Counted from the stretch's first letter, positions 40,446 through 51,484 are shown. The stretch is DNA of 64,000 nt from Bacilli bacterium (GCA_918272565.1 CAKJYW010000003.1:5359-69358); one strand, 5' to 3'. A program made the numbers and translations. The notes: generated by a model from the sequence alone, not told the origin.

Positions 40446-41618
40446 ATGAACATTAAAGAAGAATCATTAAAGTGTCATTATAATTGGCGCGGAAAAATTG
40501 AAATTAAACCAAGAGTAGAAGTAGATACTTGTGAAAAGTTATCTTTAGCTTATACTCCTGGAGTAGCTGAGGCATGTATGGAGATACACAATCACCCAGA
40601 AAAGAGTTTTGAACTTACAAGACGTTGGAATACAGTACCAGTTATAACCGATGGAACTGCAGTGCTTGGTCTTGGAGATATTGGACCTGAAGCTGGTATG
40701 CCAGTTATGGAAGGTAAAGCTGCACTATTTAAGACATTTGGTGATGTAGATGCTTACCCTTTATGTATTAGAAGTAAAGACACAGAAGAAATTATTAAAA
40801 CAATTAAGCTACTTGCTGGTTCTTGGGGTGGAATTAACCTAGAAGATATCTCAGCTCCTCGTTGTTTTGAAATTGAAACAAGACTTAAAGAAGAACTTGA
40901 TATTCCAGTATTCCACGATGATCAACACGGAACTGCAATTGTCACTGCAGCTGCTTTAATTAATGCTTTAAAGATAGTTAATAAAGAAATGAGTGAAATC
41001 AAAGTAGTTATTAACGGAGCAGGAGCAGCAGGTATTTCAATCTGTCGTTTCTTAATTAAGTTTGGTGTTACAAATGCTTTAATTTGTGATAGGCAAGGAA
41101 TTATCTACCGAGGTGCCCCTTGGCTTAACCCATCACAAGCAAAGATTGCTGAAATAACTAATAAAGACAATATTGAAGGATCTTTAAGTGAAGCTATGAA
41201 AGGTGCTGATGTATTTATTGGTGTATCTGGACCAAACTGTGTTACTCAAGATATGGTTAGATCAATGGCAGATAAATCAATCCTATTTACTTTAGCAAAT
41301 CCAATCCCAGAAATTGATCCAAAACTAGCTAAAGAAGCAGGAGCTTACATTATTGGTACAGGTTCAAGTCAATATCCAAACCAAATCAATAACGTATTAG
41401 TATTCCCTGGTTTATTTAGAGGAGCAATAGATGCTAAAGCAACAACCATTAACGATGAGATGATGAAAGCAGCATCAATTGGAATTGCTAGCTGTGTAAG
41501 TAGCGAAGAATTAAGACGTGAATACATCCTACCATTTGCATATGACAAGAAAGCTCACAAATGTGTTAGTGAAAAAGTAAAAGAAGCTGCAATCCAAACT
41601 GGAGTTATTAAAAAATAA
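40446..41618 (+). CDS. NAD(P)-dependent malic enzyme
   Basis: [54 protein letters not shown]. Confidence 0.96.
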   Translation: MNIKEESLKCHYNWRGKIEIKPRVEVDTCEKLSLAYTPGVAEACMEIHNHPEKSFELTRRWNTVPVITDGTAVLGLGDIGPEAGMPVMEGKAALFKTFGDVDAYPLCIRSKDTEEIIKTIKLLAGSWGGINLEDISAPRCFEIETRLKEELDIPVFHDDQHGTAIVTAAALINALKIVNKEMSEIKVVINGAGAAGISICRFLIKFGVTNALICDRQGIIYRGAPWLNPSQAKIAEITNKDNIEGSLSEAMKGADVFIGVSGPNCVTQDMVRSMADKSILFTLANPIPEIDPKLAKEAGAYIIGTGSSQYPNQINNVLVFPGLFRGAIDAKATTINDEMMKAASIGIASCVSSEELRREYILPFAYDKKAHKCVSEKVKEAAIQTGVIKK

Positions 41619-41620
41619 TA

Positions 41621-41660
41621 AAAAATAAGGAGTAAATCAAATGATTTACTCCTCTTTTTT
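41621..41660. terminator. Bidirectional terminator
   Basis: AGGAGTAAATCA/TGATTTACTCCT stem with A/T runs. Confidence 0.85.
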
Positions 41661-41666
41661 GTTTTA

Positions 41667-42422
41667 TTATTTAACTGCTGCGTTAACTAATGTAACAAAG
41701 TCATCAGCTTTTAGACTTGCACCACCAATTAAAGCACCATCAATGTTTGGTTTGCTCATTAATTCATCAATGTTAGATGTCTTAACACTTCCACCATATT
41801 GAATTCTAATTGCTTCAGCAGTTTCTTTATCATATAGCTTTTCAACCATCTTACGAATGAATCCACAAGTTTCATCAGCAACATCAGCTGTTGCAGTTTT
41901 ACCTGTTCCAATTGCCCAAATTGGTTCATAAGCTATAACTAATTCTTTTACTTGTTCTTTTGTTAAACCAGCTAAATCTAATGTTACTTGGTTTTCTAAC
42001 CATTCTTCAACTTTATTAGCTTCTCTAGTTTCAAGTGCTTCACCAACACAAAGGATTGGAGTTAAGCCAACTTCAAATGCTTTATGAAGTTTTTTATTGA
42101 TTGTTTCATCAGTTTCATTGAACATTGCTCTTCTTTCACTATGTCCAATAATAACATATTCAACTTCGATTGACTTAAGCATTAAGCCACTTACTTCGCC
42201 AGTGAATGCACCACTGTCTTCAAAGTGCATATTTTGTGCACCAATTCTTAAGTTTTCGCCTTGACGCTGAACTAAGCATCTTAAAACTGTGAATTGAGAG
42301 CAAATAACACTGTCAACATAAGCTTTGCTTGGTAATTTATTAGCGACTGCAAGGATGAATTGTAATGCTTCATCACGAGTCTTAAACATTTTCCAGTTTC
42401 CGGCAATAATAGGTTTTCTCAT
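41667..42422 (-). CDS. tpiA: Triosephosphate isomerase
   Basis: [28 protein letters not shown]. Confidence 0.98.
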   Translation of the reverse strand: MRKPIIAGNWKMFKTRDEALQFILAVANKLPSKAYVDSVICSQFTVLRCLVQRQGENLRIGAQNMHFEDSGAFTGEVSGLMLKSIEVEYVIIGHSERRAMFNETDETINKKLHKAFEVGLTPILCVGEALETREANKVEEWLENQVTLDLAGLTKEQVKELVIAYEPIWAIGTGKTATADVADETCGFIRKMVEKLYDKETAEAIRIQYGGSVKTSNIDELMSKPNIDGALIGGASLKADDFVTLVNAAVK

Positions 42423-42435
42423 TTTTGTCTCCTTA

Positions 42436-43647
42436 TTAGTGGCAATGTCCACAATGACATTCGTCATCGATACAATCGATTCCTGGTAAAACTTTACCTT
42501 CTAAATATTCTAATGAAGCTCCTCCACCAGTTGAGATGTGAGTGAATTTGTCTTCATAACCTAATTTGATTGCTGCAGCAGCACTATCACCACCACCGAT
42601 GATTGTTACAGCGTCCTTAAGTTCTGCTAATAATTTACAAATTCCATTTGTTCCTTCAGCAAACTTATCAAATTCGAATACGCCAGCAGGACCGTTCCAA
42701 ACAACAGTCTTAGCACCAGCTAATTCTTTTTTGAATAATTCTAATGTCTTAGGTCCAATGTCTAATCCCATCTTATCAGCAGGAATCTTACTTGATTCAA
42801 CAACTTCGCTTTCAGCGTCTTCAGCAAATTCTTTAGCTACAACTGTGTCAAGTGGAAGAATAATCTTACCATTTGCTTTTTCTAATAATCCTTTAGCAAA
42901 TTCAACGAAGTCATCTTCACATTTACTAGTTCCAACTTCATAACCTAATGATTTATAGAATGTGTAAGCCATAGCTCCACAAATTAATACTTTATCAGCT
43001 TTAGTAATTAAGCTTTCGATAACAGAAATCTTATCACTAACTTTAGCTCCACCAAGGATAGCTACAAATGGATGAACAGGATTATCTACAGCGCCACCGA
43101 TAAACTTAATTTCTTTTTCCATTAAGAAACCAGCAACAGTAGTCTTGATGTTACTTGCAATACCAACATTACTTGCAGCTGCTCTATGAGCTGTACCGAA
43201 TGCATCATTTACAAATACTTCACCAAGTGATGCCCAATATTTACCAAGTTCAGGATCATTCTTTGATTCTTTCTTACCATCTAAGTCTTCATAACGAGTG
43301 TTTTCCAACATAACAACTTCTTTAGGTTGTAAAGCTTTAACAGCTTCTTCAACTAAAGCGCCTCTTGTTGCAGGGACAAACTTAACTTCTTGACCTAATA
43401 ATTCAGCTAACTTCTTAGCAACAGGTGCTAAAGTGTTTTTCTTAAGGTCAGCTTCTTCTTTAACTCTTCCTAAGTGAGAAAGTAAAACAACTTTAGCTTC
43501 ATGCTCTAAAGCATACTTAATTGTTGGAAGAGCTTGGATGATACGATTACTATCAGTAATAACACCATCTTTCATAGGAACATTGAAGTCAACACGCATT
43601 AAAACGACTTTGTTCTTTAATTCAACATCTTTAATAGTTTTTTTCAT
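42436..43647 (-). CDS. pgk: Phosphoglycerate kinase
   Basis: [33 protein letters not shown]. Confidence 0.98.
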   Translation of the reverse strand: MKKTIKDVELKNKVVLMRVDFNVPMKDGVITDSNRIIQALPTIKYALEHEAKVVLLSHLGRVKEEADLKKNTLAPVAKKLAELLGQEVKFVPATRGALVEEAVKALQPKEVVMLENTRYEDLDGKKESKNDPELGKYWASLGEVFVNDAFGTAHRAAASNVGIASNIKTTVAGFLMEKEIKFIGGAVDNPVHPFVAILGGAKVSDKISVIESLITKADKVLICGAMAYTFYKSLGYEVGTSKCEDDFVEFAKGLLEKANGKIILPLDTVVAKEFAEDAESEVVESSKIPADKMGLDIGPKTLELFKKELAGAKTVVWNGPAGVFEFDKFAEGTNGICKLLAELKDAVTIIGGGDSAAAAIKLGYEDKFTHISTGGGASLEYLEGKVLPGIDCIDDECHCGHCH

Positions 43648-43721
43648 AATTATCTCCTTCTAAATTAATCAACTATTGTAATGATTATTTTATTTTTACC
43701 TTTGATATTATATCACATTTA

Positions 43722-44114
43722 TTAAAAAATGTATAGACCTTTATTTTTGTGATCTAATATTTTATGACAAACTCTCACTCTATTTACAATTACCCTTTTA
43801 CTAACATCTAATTCTAATATTTCTAAATTATTGAAAATAATTATTGATATATCATTTTTAATATCAATGTCCTTTATATTGAAATAATTAATCCAATAAG
43901 TTTTAAAACTCACAACCTTAAACAGCAAAATCTTTTCATTAACATATATAGGAACATTATATTTAAGCTTTAAAAGTTTTCTTACTGCTTCAACCCTTCC
44001 ATTCAATGTTGAAAAGCTTTTAATACATAAACTATTTACATACTTTTTAAAAGTTGTATCCATCTCTTTACCATCAACATTTATTTTTACTATTTCATCT
44101 ATTATATAATTCAT
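43722..44114 (-). CDS. ComK-family-like protein
   Basis: C...STLNGRVEAVRKLL...VPIYV...LLF...WIN pattern resembles the ComK core. Confidence 0.6.
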   Translation of the reverse strand: MNYIIDEIVKINVDGKEMDTTFKKYVNSLCIKSFSTLNGRVEAVRKLLKLKYNVPIYVNEKILLFKVVSFKTYWINYFNIKDIDIKNDISIIIFNNLEILELDVSKRVIVNRVRVCHKILDHKNKGLYIF

Positions 44115-44206
44115 TCTATCACCAAATAGATTATAGCATAGATTTTTACTTTCGTTTTTGAAAAAAATAAAAACTCAAATTGGTTTCAATTTGAGCTTTT
44201 GGTTTC

Positions 44207-44956
44207 TTATTCTTCTACTAATTTATTCTTTTTTACTTTTCCTTTAATCCATTTAATAATTGGAACAATATAAACTAACGTATCACAAAGTAGTGCTAAA
44301 GCGAAATATCTTAAAATATAGACAAACCATCCTTGATTTAGGTTAAGGTATGGAAGACCTTCTTGAGGAGGTCCACTAACATACATGAAGTTTACACTAT
44401 TATCTCCATCTCTAATCCAACTATTTAGATATATTGCTACAAAGAAACAAGCAAAGAGCATTACTAAGCTATGAATATAATCTTTTACAGTAAACTCTAC
44501 TTCGTTAGTTCTTAGTAAAAATATTGCAAAGCAAACAATCATTGTATGGAATCCAAAATACTGAATAGTGATAATTGGAAAGTTTCTAGAACTATATGTA
44601 GCAATTAAAAGTGCCGCAAATCCTCCAATTAGGCATGTTGGAAGCATAAAAGACATAAGTAGTTTCTTTAGATTTTCATTTTTAGAAAAATAAAGAATAA
44701 TAATTAATATTATTTGTATTGAACAAAGGTGAAAAGGAAGATCTCCTTTTGGTAAATATCCCCATCCATCAAATTTATCGATGTTATGAATAACGTAAAA
44801 GAACACTTTAATTGTTTCTGATATTATTCCACCAATTAGTAATATTTTAATAACTGTTGCTAATTTGATTTTCTTTGATATAAATATTGATAATATTATT
44901 ATCGGCAAGCAAATAGATAAAGAAATCAAATGAACAGTTCCAAATAAATCATGCAT
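44207..44956 (-). CDS. YwaF-like integral membrane protein
   Basis: LFGTVH, LPFHLCS, FGFH, NFMY. Confidence 0.75.
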   Translation of the reverse strand: MHDLFGTVHLISLSICLPIIILSIFISKKIKLATVIKILLIGGIISETIKVFFYVIHNIDKFDGWGYLPKGDLPFHLCSIQIILIIILYFSKNENLKKLLMSFMLPTCLIGGFAALLIATYSSRNFPIITIQYFGFHTMIVCFAIFLLRTNEVEFTVKDYIHSLVMLFACFFVAIYLNSWIRDGDNSVNFMYVSGPPQEGLPYLNLNQGWFVYILRYFALALLCDTLVYIVPIIKWIKGKVKKNKLVEE

Positions 44957-45022
44957 ATAAATACTCCTAAAAAATAAGTGGATGAATAATCATCCACTAA
45001 ATAATTATTATTTATTAATTTA

Positions 45023-46144
45023 TTATAATCTCTTAATTCTCATTTCTGTTTCAGGATCAAAGAAGTGAGCTTTTTCCATATTGAATGCAAGTTCAATATC
45101 ATCACCCATATGAAGGTCAACTCTTGCACCAACCTTAGCTACAAGGTTTTGTCCATTCATAATAGCATAGATATTAGTTTCAGCACCTAGTAATTCACTA
45201 ACGTCAACTTTTAGTTTAACAACTGCGCCTGCATATTTTTCAAATAGTTCAGGTTCATCGTGTAAATCTTCTGGTCTAATACCCATAATGATTGGTTTTT
45301 CAATGAAGTGGTTTTCTTTAAGAATGTTCATGCTCTTTTCACTAATCTTAATCTTAGAAACACCAACTTTATGATCACCAACAACGAAGTAGCCATCATC
45401 ATCAACCATACCTTCAAGGAAGTTCATAGGAGGAGTTCCAATGAATCCACCAACGAAGATGTTGTTAGGGTTGTCATAAATATCTTTTGGAGTACCAACT
45501 TGTTGGATCAAACCATCTTTCATAACAACGATTCTTGATGCCATTGTCATGGCTTCAATTTGGTCATGTGTTACGTAGATTGTTGTGATACCTAATCTTT
45601 CAGTAATCTTAATGATTTCAGATCTCATTTGTACACGTAGCTTAGCATCCAAGTTTGATAGAGGTTCGTCCATCAAGAATACCTTAGCATCACGTACGAT
45701 AGCTCTACCTAAGGCAACACGTTGTCTTTGACCACCTGACAAAGCTTTAGGACGACGATCTAAGTAAGGTTTAAGTCCTAAAATTTCAGCAGCTTCATTA
45801 ACTCTTCTTTCGATTTCATCTTTACTGAATTTACGAAGTTTTAGACCAAATGCCATGTTATCATAAACTGTCATATGAGGATACAAAGCGTAGCTTTGGA
45901 AAACCATCGCGATATTACGATCTTTAGGTGCAACATCATTAACGATTTCATCATCAATTCTTAATTCACCTGATGTAATTTCTTCAAGACCAGCAACCAT
46001 TCTTAGTGTAGTAGTTTTTCCACATCCAGAAGGTCCAACAAATACGATAAATTCCTTATCTTTAATCTTTAAGTTAAAGTCAACAACGGCATGAACATTG
46101 CCATCATAAACCTTATTAATGTTAGTAAGTGTTACAGTTGCCAT
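45023..46144 (-). CDS. msmX: Carbohydrate ABC ATPase (MsmX/UgpC family)
   Basis: GPSGCGKT, LSGGQRQR, DEPLSNLD, GFIGTPPMN, TOBE-like C-terminus. Confidence 0.9.
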   Translation of the reverse strand: MATVTLTNINKVYDGNVHAVVDFNLKIKDKEFIVFVGPSGCGKTTTLRMVAGLEEITSGELRIDDEIVNDVAPKDRNIAMVFQSYALYPHMTVYDNMAFGLKLRKFSKDEIERRVNEAAEILGLKPYLDRRPKALSGGQRQRVALGRAIVRDAKVFLMDEPLSNLDAKLRVQMRSEIIKITERLGITTIYVTHDQIEAMTMASRIVVMKDGLIQQVGTPKDIYDNPNNIFVGGFIGTPPMNFLEGMVDDDGYFVVGDHKVGVSKIKISEKSMNILKENHFIEKPIIMGIRPEDLHDEPELFEKYAGAVVKLKVDVSELLGAETNIYAIMNGQNLVAKVGARVDLHMGDDIELAFNMEKAHFFDPETEMRIKRL

Positions 46145-46223
46145 TAAAATACCTCCACGCTATAACTTATTACACTAATAGTATACTTTTTACCTAAAAT
46201 AAAAACAATGTGCAAACTGCACA

Positions 46224-46847
46224 TTATTTTAAGTTAATAAGAAAATATAGCACCACCGCATCTTTAAACTTTAAAATGTTTAATGATGTTTCTTTCTTTA
46301 TTAGATTAATCTTGTTATTAATTGTATTACGATGCATATAAATGCTTTTTGATGTTTTTAAAACATTCAAATCATTCTCAAAAATACCATTAATTACTAA
46401 AGCATTAATTGAATCTTTTAATAAATTACCAAGTAGTAACTCTTTTAAAGATCTAGCATCAGCCAAATCTTTATTAATTGCTTCTTCTATTAATTCACTA
46501 GTATAGAAGAATCTACTTCTATTAGGCAAATATTTATTATACAAGTTATATAAAGGCAAAAACTTATGTTCATTAACATAAAGCTTAGGCATTTTAAATG
46601 ATGTAATACTTATACCAAAGTCATCACTAATTGATAATATTACATCTTCAATCGCAAAATCCAAATCCTCAAAATAGCAAACAATAGTGTTATCTCTATC
46701 TACTACTATTTCAACATGCCCTAAAAGTTCATTCATAATATCACTAAAATCAATTTTCTCTTTTGATTTAATGACAAACGAATTGAACCATTTATGTTTA
46801 AAAGGATATTCTTTATTTAAAAACAAATAATCATATAACTTGTTCAT
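46224..46847 (-). CDS. PucR/CdaR-type C-terminal HTH regulator
   Basis: FENDLNVLKTSKSIYMHRNTI; lies upstream of msmX as yxkF does in Bacillus. Confidence 0.75.
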   Translation of the reverse strand: MNKLYDYLFLNKEYPFKHKWFNSFVIKSKEKIDFSDIMNELLGHVEIVVDRDNTIVCYFEDLDFAIEDVILSISDDFGISITSFKMPKLYVNEHKFLPLYNLYNKYLPNRSRFFYTSELIEEAINKDLADARSLKELLLGNLLKDSINALVINGIFENDLNVLKTSKSIYMHRNTINNKINLIKKETSLNILKFKDAVVLYFLINLK

Positions 46848-46931
46848 TCTATTCACCTTAGTATTATTATACATTAAAATGCATCTAAAATCAAAAAAAG
46901 AGCCTATACTTTTTTGTCTAGGCTCTATTCA

Positions 46932-49820
46932 TTATTTAATTAAGTTTTCTAAATTAGTAAACAACTCTTTACTATCGGTAATCTTTTGACTATTACCAAC
47001 TGTACAAATATTGTTTTCTTTTAACACTTTTTCAAAATAAGGCTTTAATGCTTTGATGTCTTCTAAAGTACAATCGACGATTTCTCTCTTTTCTCTAGCT
47101 AAATCTTCGTTAGTTACACCTTGCAAGTAAGAAGCAAATGATCTAATTCCTCTCACTTTAGGTGTTACAGGATAATCGAAGTTACCAACAGCACCAATTA
47201 TGCACTTAGTCATCTCTTCACTATCTGCATTAAAGTTATCAATGTAATCTAGAACTTTCTTATAAACATCGTAAGTTTCTTTCACTTTAGGATCACGATA
47301 AGAAACAAATGTAATTGCTTCTCTATCAAAACTAGACATGCATCCATATGCTCCACCTAGAACTCTAACATTTTTCCATAAGAAGTCAGTTGATAAGGCA
47401 TTCATTAATACTTGGCTACTGCCTTTGTATTTCATATCATCGCTCGCATATCTACCAGTTAGAGCACAGTAGTTAACATCATATGGAGCCATGAACCCTT
47501 CATTCTTCTTTTCTAATTTAATTATCATTTCTTCTTTCTTACTTGTTTCTTTTAAGTTATTAGTTAAAAGTCCAAATGATTTTTTAAATTCTTCTAGGCC
47601 TTCAGATGATGAAGTTGAAGAAACTAAGATGTTATCTAGAACAAATATTCTAGAAATCAAGTCTTTTAATGTATTAATAACATCATCGTACTTTTCATCA
47701 AAGTTATCTGATAAGTCTTTAACAAAATTATAGCCAGCTATTCCGCTAGTAGCATCGCTAATATATGCGCTCTTGTTCCAATAACTAGCGCTCCTAGTTA
47801 AAGCAACAGAATGACCAGCACCCGCAAACCTATTAGTGTAATTAGTAATTAGTTGAGATAAAACTTCTTTTACTCTTGCTTTATCAAATACTGAATTATT
47901 AATTACTTCATTAATTAATTCAATAGCTTTATTAGTATTAGCATATAGTGCACTAAATGAAACAATTAAATAAGGAAGTGCTTCGCCATCTTTTGAATAA
48001 ACAATATGATTAAAGCCAATTCCACCAGTATAGATGTTTTGTTCTTGTTCTAATTCTAAATAAGAATATTTCTTAGTATTAACCTTACCAAGCAAGAAAG
48101 AAAGTAGTCCGATATATGGTAAGTATTTAACATCGAAGTCTTTTGTACTAAACAAGATCCAAGTGTAATTAATACCATTAGTATCATAAGCATGATGGAT
48201 AACCTTGGCTCCATTAACTTTATATTCTTCATTCTTATATGGAACATAGTTGTAATTTAAGTCTTCCTTCTTTAGTAGAGGAATCTTATCAACATCTTCT
48301 TTTTTATCTTCACTTGCTTGATATTCTTTTAATTCCTTAGTCTCTTTAATAATTTCTTCTATTTCTTTATCATTTAAACTACTCTTATAATCAGCTAACT
48401 CTTTCTTAACTTTAGCTTCTTTTTCGTCTTGTAATGTCTTAGATGGTGCCACAACAACAACTGATTTATGATTATTATTAATTAAATACTTTTCAATTAA
48501 TTTCTCATAGTAATCTGTAGCTATCTTTTCTCTTAAGAAATTATAGATTTCACTATATTCAAATGGACTAAATGGATCATTATCATCATATAGCCATGTG
48601 CTTAAAGCAGTGATTGCATAGATTACACCTTTAGATAAACCACCATAGTCTGCTTCTCTAGTCTTAAATTCGTTAATATTAAGGGCAGCTTCAAGTGCTT
48701 TCTTGCTTAATCCTTCTTTAACAAAGTCTTTTAATTTGTTTTCAATAACTTCAAAGAATTTATCTTTATCTTCTGCTTCTGCATTTCTTGCTTTAACACT
48801 AAACACACCTTGTAATGCTTCATTATCAAATGAACCAGTTATAACTTCACCAATTCCCGCTTCAATCAAAGCTCTTTCAATAGGTGAACCATTTGCCCCA
48901 ACAATAACTTTACTTACTATATCCATACCAACCATTTCTTTTTGGCTTAATCCTTTAGGTAGGGCTACATTATAAGTAAGGTAAGTCTTCTTCTTAATGT
49001 CTTGATCTTTACTAACTGGGTATTCTAAATTTTTTGTAAGCGGAGCATCAAATGGTTTTTGTTCATTAATCTTGCTATCAACTTCAATTTTATCAAATTT
49101 AGATAAATATTCTTTATCTAAATAATCAAGCTTTTCTTCTCTATCAAAGTTACCATATAAAATAATATAACTATTAGATGGATGATAATAGCTTTGGTAG
49201 AACTTTTTAAAGTTTTCGTAAGTTAGTGTAGGGATAGCCTTAGGATCTCCACCAGATTCAACTCCATATGTAGTATCAGGGAATAGTGAGCCGCTAGATT
49301 CTCTACCAACGATAGAATCAGGATTAGAAAATACTCCCTTCATTTCATTATAAACAACACCATTATAGATTAATTCATCATCTTTACTTGCTAGTTCATA
49401 GTGCCAGCCTTCTTGCATGAATATCTTTTTATTAGTTAAGATATTAGGGAAGAATACCGCATCAAGATAAACATCCATTAGATTTTGAAAATCTTTGTCG
49501 TTACAACTAGCAACAGGGTAGATTGTCTTATCAGAGAATGTCATCGCATTTAAGAATGTATTTAAAGAACTCTTCATTAGATTAACAAAAGGTTCTTTAA
49601 CAGGATATTTCTTACTTCCACACAAAACTGAGTGTTCAATAATATGAGGTACACCCGTATCATCTTTAGGTGGAGTTCTAAATCCGATACAAAAAGTCTT
49701 ATTTTCATCATCATTTTCAATTAATAAAACCTTAGCATTAGTTTTATTATGAACAAGTAGTGTTGCATTAGATGCAATATCAACTAATTTCTTTTCTTTT
49801 ATTATTTTATAATTATTCAT
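46932..49820 (-). CDS. M16C insulinase/presequence-protease-like metallopeptidase
   Basis: HIIEH inverted zinc motif, FLNAMT, GVVYNEMKG, GGAYG, SYRDP. Confidence 0.93.
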   Translation of the reverse strand: MNNYKIIKEKKLVDIASNATLLVHNKTNAKVLLIENDDENKTFCIGFRTPPKDDTGVPHIIEHSVLCGSKKYPVKEPFVNLMKSSLNTFLNAMTFSDKTIYPVASCNDKDFQNLMDVYLDAVFFPNILTNKKIFMQEGWHYELASKDDELIYNGVVYNEMKGVFSNPDSIVGRESSGSLFPDTTYGVESGGDPKAIPTLTYENFKKFYQSYYHPSNSYIILYGNFDREEKLDYLDKEYLSKFDKIEVDSKINEQKPFDAPLTKNLEYPVSKDQDIKKKTYLTYNVALPKGLSQKEMVGMDIVSKVIVGANGSPIERALIEAGIGEVITGSFDNEALQGVFSVKARNAEAEDKDKFFEVIENKLKDFVKEGLSKKALEAALNINEFKTREADYGGLSKGVIYAITALSTWLYDDNDPFSPFEYSEIYNFLREKIATDYYEKLIEKYLINNNHKSVVVVAPSKTLQDEKEAKVKKELADYKSSLNDKEIEEIIKETKELKEYQASEDKKEDVDKIPLLKKEDLNYNYVPYKNEEYKVNGAKVIHHAYDTNGINYTWILFSTKDFDVKYLPYIGLLSFLLGKVNTKKYSYLELEQEQNIYTGGIGFNHIVYSKDGEALPYLIVSFSALYANTNKAIELINEVINNSVFDKARVKEVLSQLITNYTNRFAGAGHSVALTRSASYWNKSAYISDATSGIAGYNFVKDLSDNFDEKYDDVINTLKDLISRIFVLDNILVSSTSSSEGLEEFKKSFGLLTNNLKETSKKEEMIIKLEKKNEGFMAPYDVNYCALTGRYASDDMKYKGSSQVLMNALSTDFLWKNVRVLGGAYGCMSSFDREAITFVSYRDPKVKETYDVYKKVLDYIDNFNADSEEMTKCIIGAVGNFDYPVTPKVRGIRSFASYLQGVTNEDLAREKREIVDCTLEDIKALKPYFEKVLKENNICTVGNSQKITDSKELFTNLENLIK

Positions 49821-50016
49821 TGTTTTCCTCTCTTATAATCTTTTTAACTTTCTTATTTAATTCAACACGAGCGATGATGATAATTCTACCACACCCCATG
49901 CACTCTAGCTTCATATCAACTCCCGGTTTAATAACTTTCCACCTACTTGATCCACAAGGGTGGTTCTTCTTAAATTCGAGGATGTCCCCTTCTTTATAAT
50001 CAGTATATATTTTCAT
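49813..50016 (-). CDS. DUF951 protein
   Basis: KKNHPCGS.RW...G.D.KLEC.GC. Confidence 0.9.
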   Translation of the reverse strand: MKIYTDYKEGDILEFKKNHPCGSSRWKVIKPGVDMKLECMGCGRIIIIARVELNKKVKKIIREENNE

Positions 50017-50789
50017 TATTCACCACTTCTTTCAAGTAACTCTTTAGCAAGTTCTCGGTATTCCTTACTTCCTCTAGAGTTATAAGCAAAGTCTAGGACA
50101 CTTTTACCATACATTGGTGCTTCTTGAATATGACTAGATCTACTAATGATTGTTTTAAATATCTTATTAGGGAATAGCTCTTTAACTTTTTCAATCATCT
50201 TATACCCAAACAAGTTACGATTATCATGTTTTGTTAGGAGTACTCCTTCAATAGTAAGTTTCCTTCCTAAAGGATTCTTTTCTTTTTGAATTTGATTAAT
50301 CTTTTGAATCATTTGAGTTAAAGCATCATATGCAAAATAATCACACTCAACAGGAATAATAACTGAATCACTAGCAAAGAGCGCATTATCAATAGTTACT
50401 GAAAGTGATGGAGGACAGTCAAGTAAGATAAAGTCATAATTATCTTTAACACTATTAAGTTTTTTCTCTAATAATCTTTCTTTTTCATCAAGCCCAATCA
50501 ACTTTTCAACAATATTAGCTAGTTTACTTGATGAAGGTATAATACTTAACTTCTCATCAATCTGTAAAATAGTGTCTTCTATTTTTATATCACTAGTTAA
50601 TAAATCATAAGAACTCACCTTAACAAACTCTCTCCCAATACCAAGACCGATTGTGGCGTTAGCTTGCTCATCTAAATCGATGATTAAAGTGTTTAAGTTC
50701 TCTCTAGCTAAAGCGCTAGCTAGGTTGATTGTTGTGGTTGTCTTACCAACTCCACCTTTTTGATTGGCAATTGCAATTATTTTACCCAT
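50016..50789 (-). CDS. parA: ParA/Soj ATPase
   Basis: NQKGGVGKTT, DCPPSL, EAPMYG. Confidence 0.92.
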   Translation of the reverse strand: MGKIIAIANQKGGVGKTTTTINLASALARENLNTLIIDLDEQANATIGLGIGREFVKVSSYDLLTSDIKIEDTILQIDEKLSIIPSSSKLANIVEKLIGLDEKERLLEKKLNSVKDNYDFILLDCPPSLSVTIDNALFASDSVIIPVECDYFAYDALTQMIQKINQIQKEKNPLGRKLTIEGVLLTKHDNRNLFGYKMIEKVKELFPNKIFKTIISRSSHIQEAPMYGKSVLDFAYNSRGSKEYRELAKELLERSGE

Positions 50790-50800
50790 AACATACTCCA

Positions 50801-51484
50801 TTACAATGGTTTTTTCTTTATCTTAGCATAGTCACGTGGAAAAATCAAATCGTTTGCTTTCTCCTTTTTGACTTCAATTAGTGACCTTTCTCCTAAATTA
50901 TTAAGTAATTTATAGTTATAAATATTAACTACTTTTGAATTAAGCTTTTTTAAAGCATTCTTTGCTTCTTCTAGTTCTTGATTCACATCTAATCCCTTAT
51001 AAGCAATAAAGCTTCCCCCTACCTTAAGGTATGGAATTGTAAGTTCAAGGAGAATTCTTAAATTACTTACTGCTCTAGCAGTAACAAAGTCGAAGCTTTC
51101 TCTTAAATCCTTAATCGCATTTTCTGCTCTATCATTAATAATAGTAACATCTCTTAGTTCTAATTTATTACAAAGTTCTTTTAAAAAGTCTGCACGTTTT
51201 TTTGTTGGTTCTATTAAAGTTAATTTGATGTCATTATTAATAATCTTAAGTACTACCCCTGGAAAACCAGCTCCACTACCGATATCAGCTAAACTTTTAT
51301 CACTTAAATCAAAACAATTTAAAGCATAAGATGAGTCATAAAAATGTTTAATATATACTTCATCTAGGTCAGTTATGCTAGTTAAGTTATATTTTTCATT
51401 TTCCTCTTTTAAAAAGTCATAATAGGCCTTAAATTTCGCTTGTGCTTCTTTTGATAAATTAAGACTACTTATTACTTGTTCCAT
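50801..51484 (-). CDS. rsmG: 16S rRNA m7G527 methyltransferase
   Basis: NLTSI, KHFYDS, DIGSGAGFPG, TARAV. Confidence 0.96.
   Translation of the reverse strand: MEQVISSLNLSKEAQAKFKAYYDFLKEENEKYNLTSITDLDEVYIKHFYDSSYALNCFDLSDKSLADIGSGAGFPGVVLKIINNDIKLTLIEPTKKRADFLKELCNKLELRDVTIINDRAENAIKDLRESFDFVTARAVSNLRILLELTIPYLKVGGSFIAYKGLDVNQELEEAKNALKKLNSKVVNIYNYKLLNNLGERSLIEVKKEKANDLIFPRDYAKIKKKPL

Noticed and set aside
42423-42467. pgk-tpiA fusion or programmed frameshift
   Set aside because: pgk has a double TAA stop and tpiA has its own AAGGAG RBS and ATG at 42422. The overlap comes from an over-extended ORF call.
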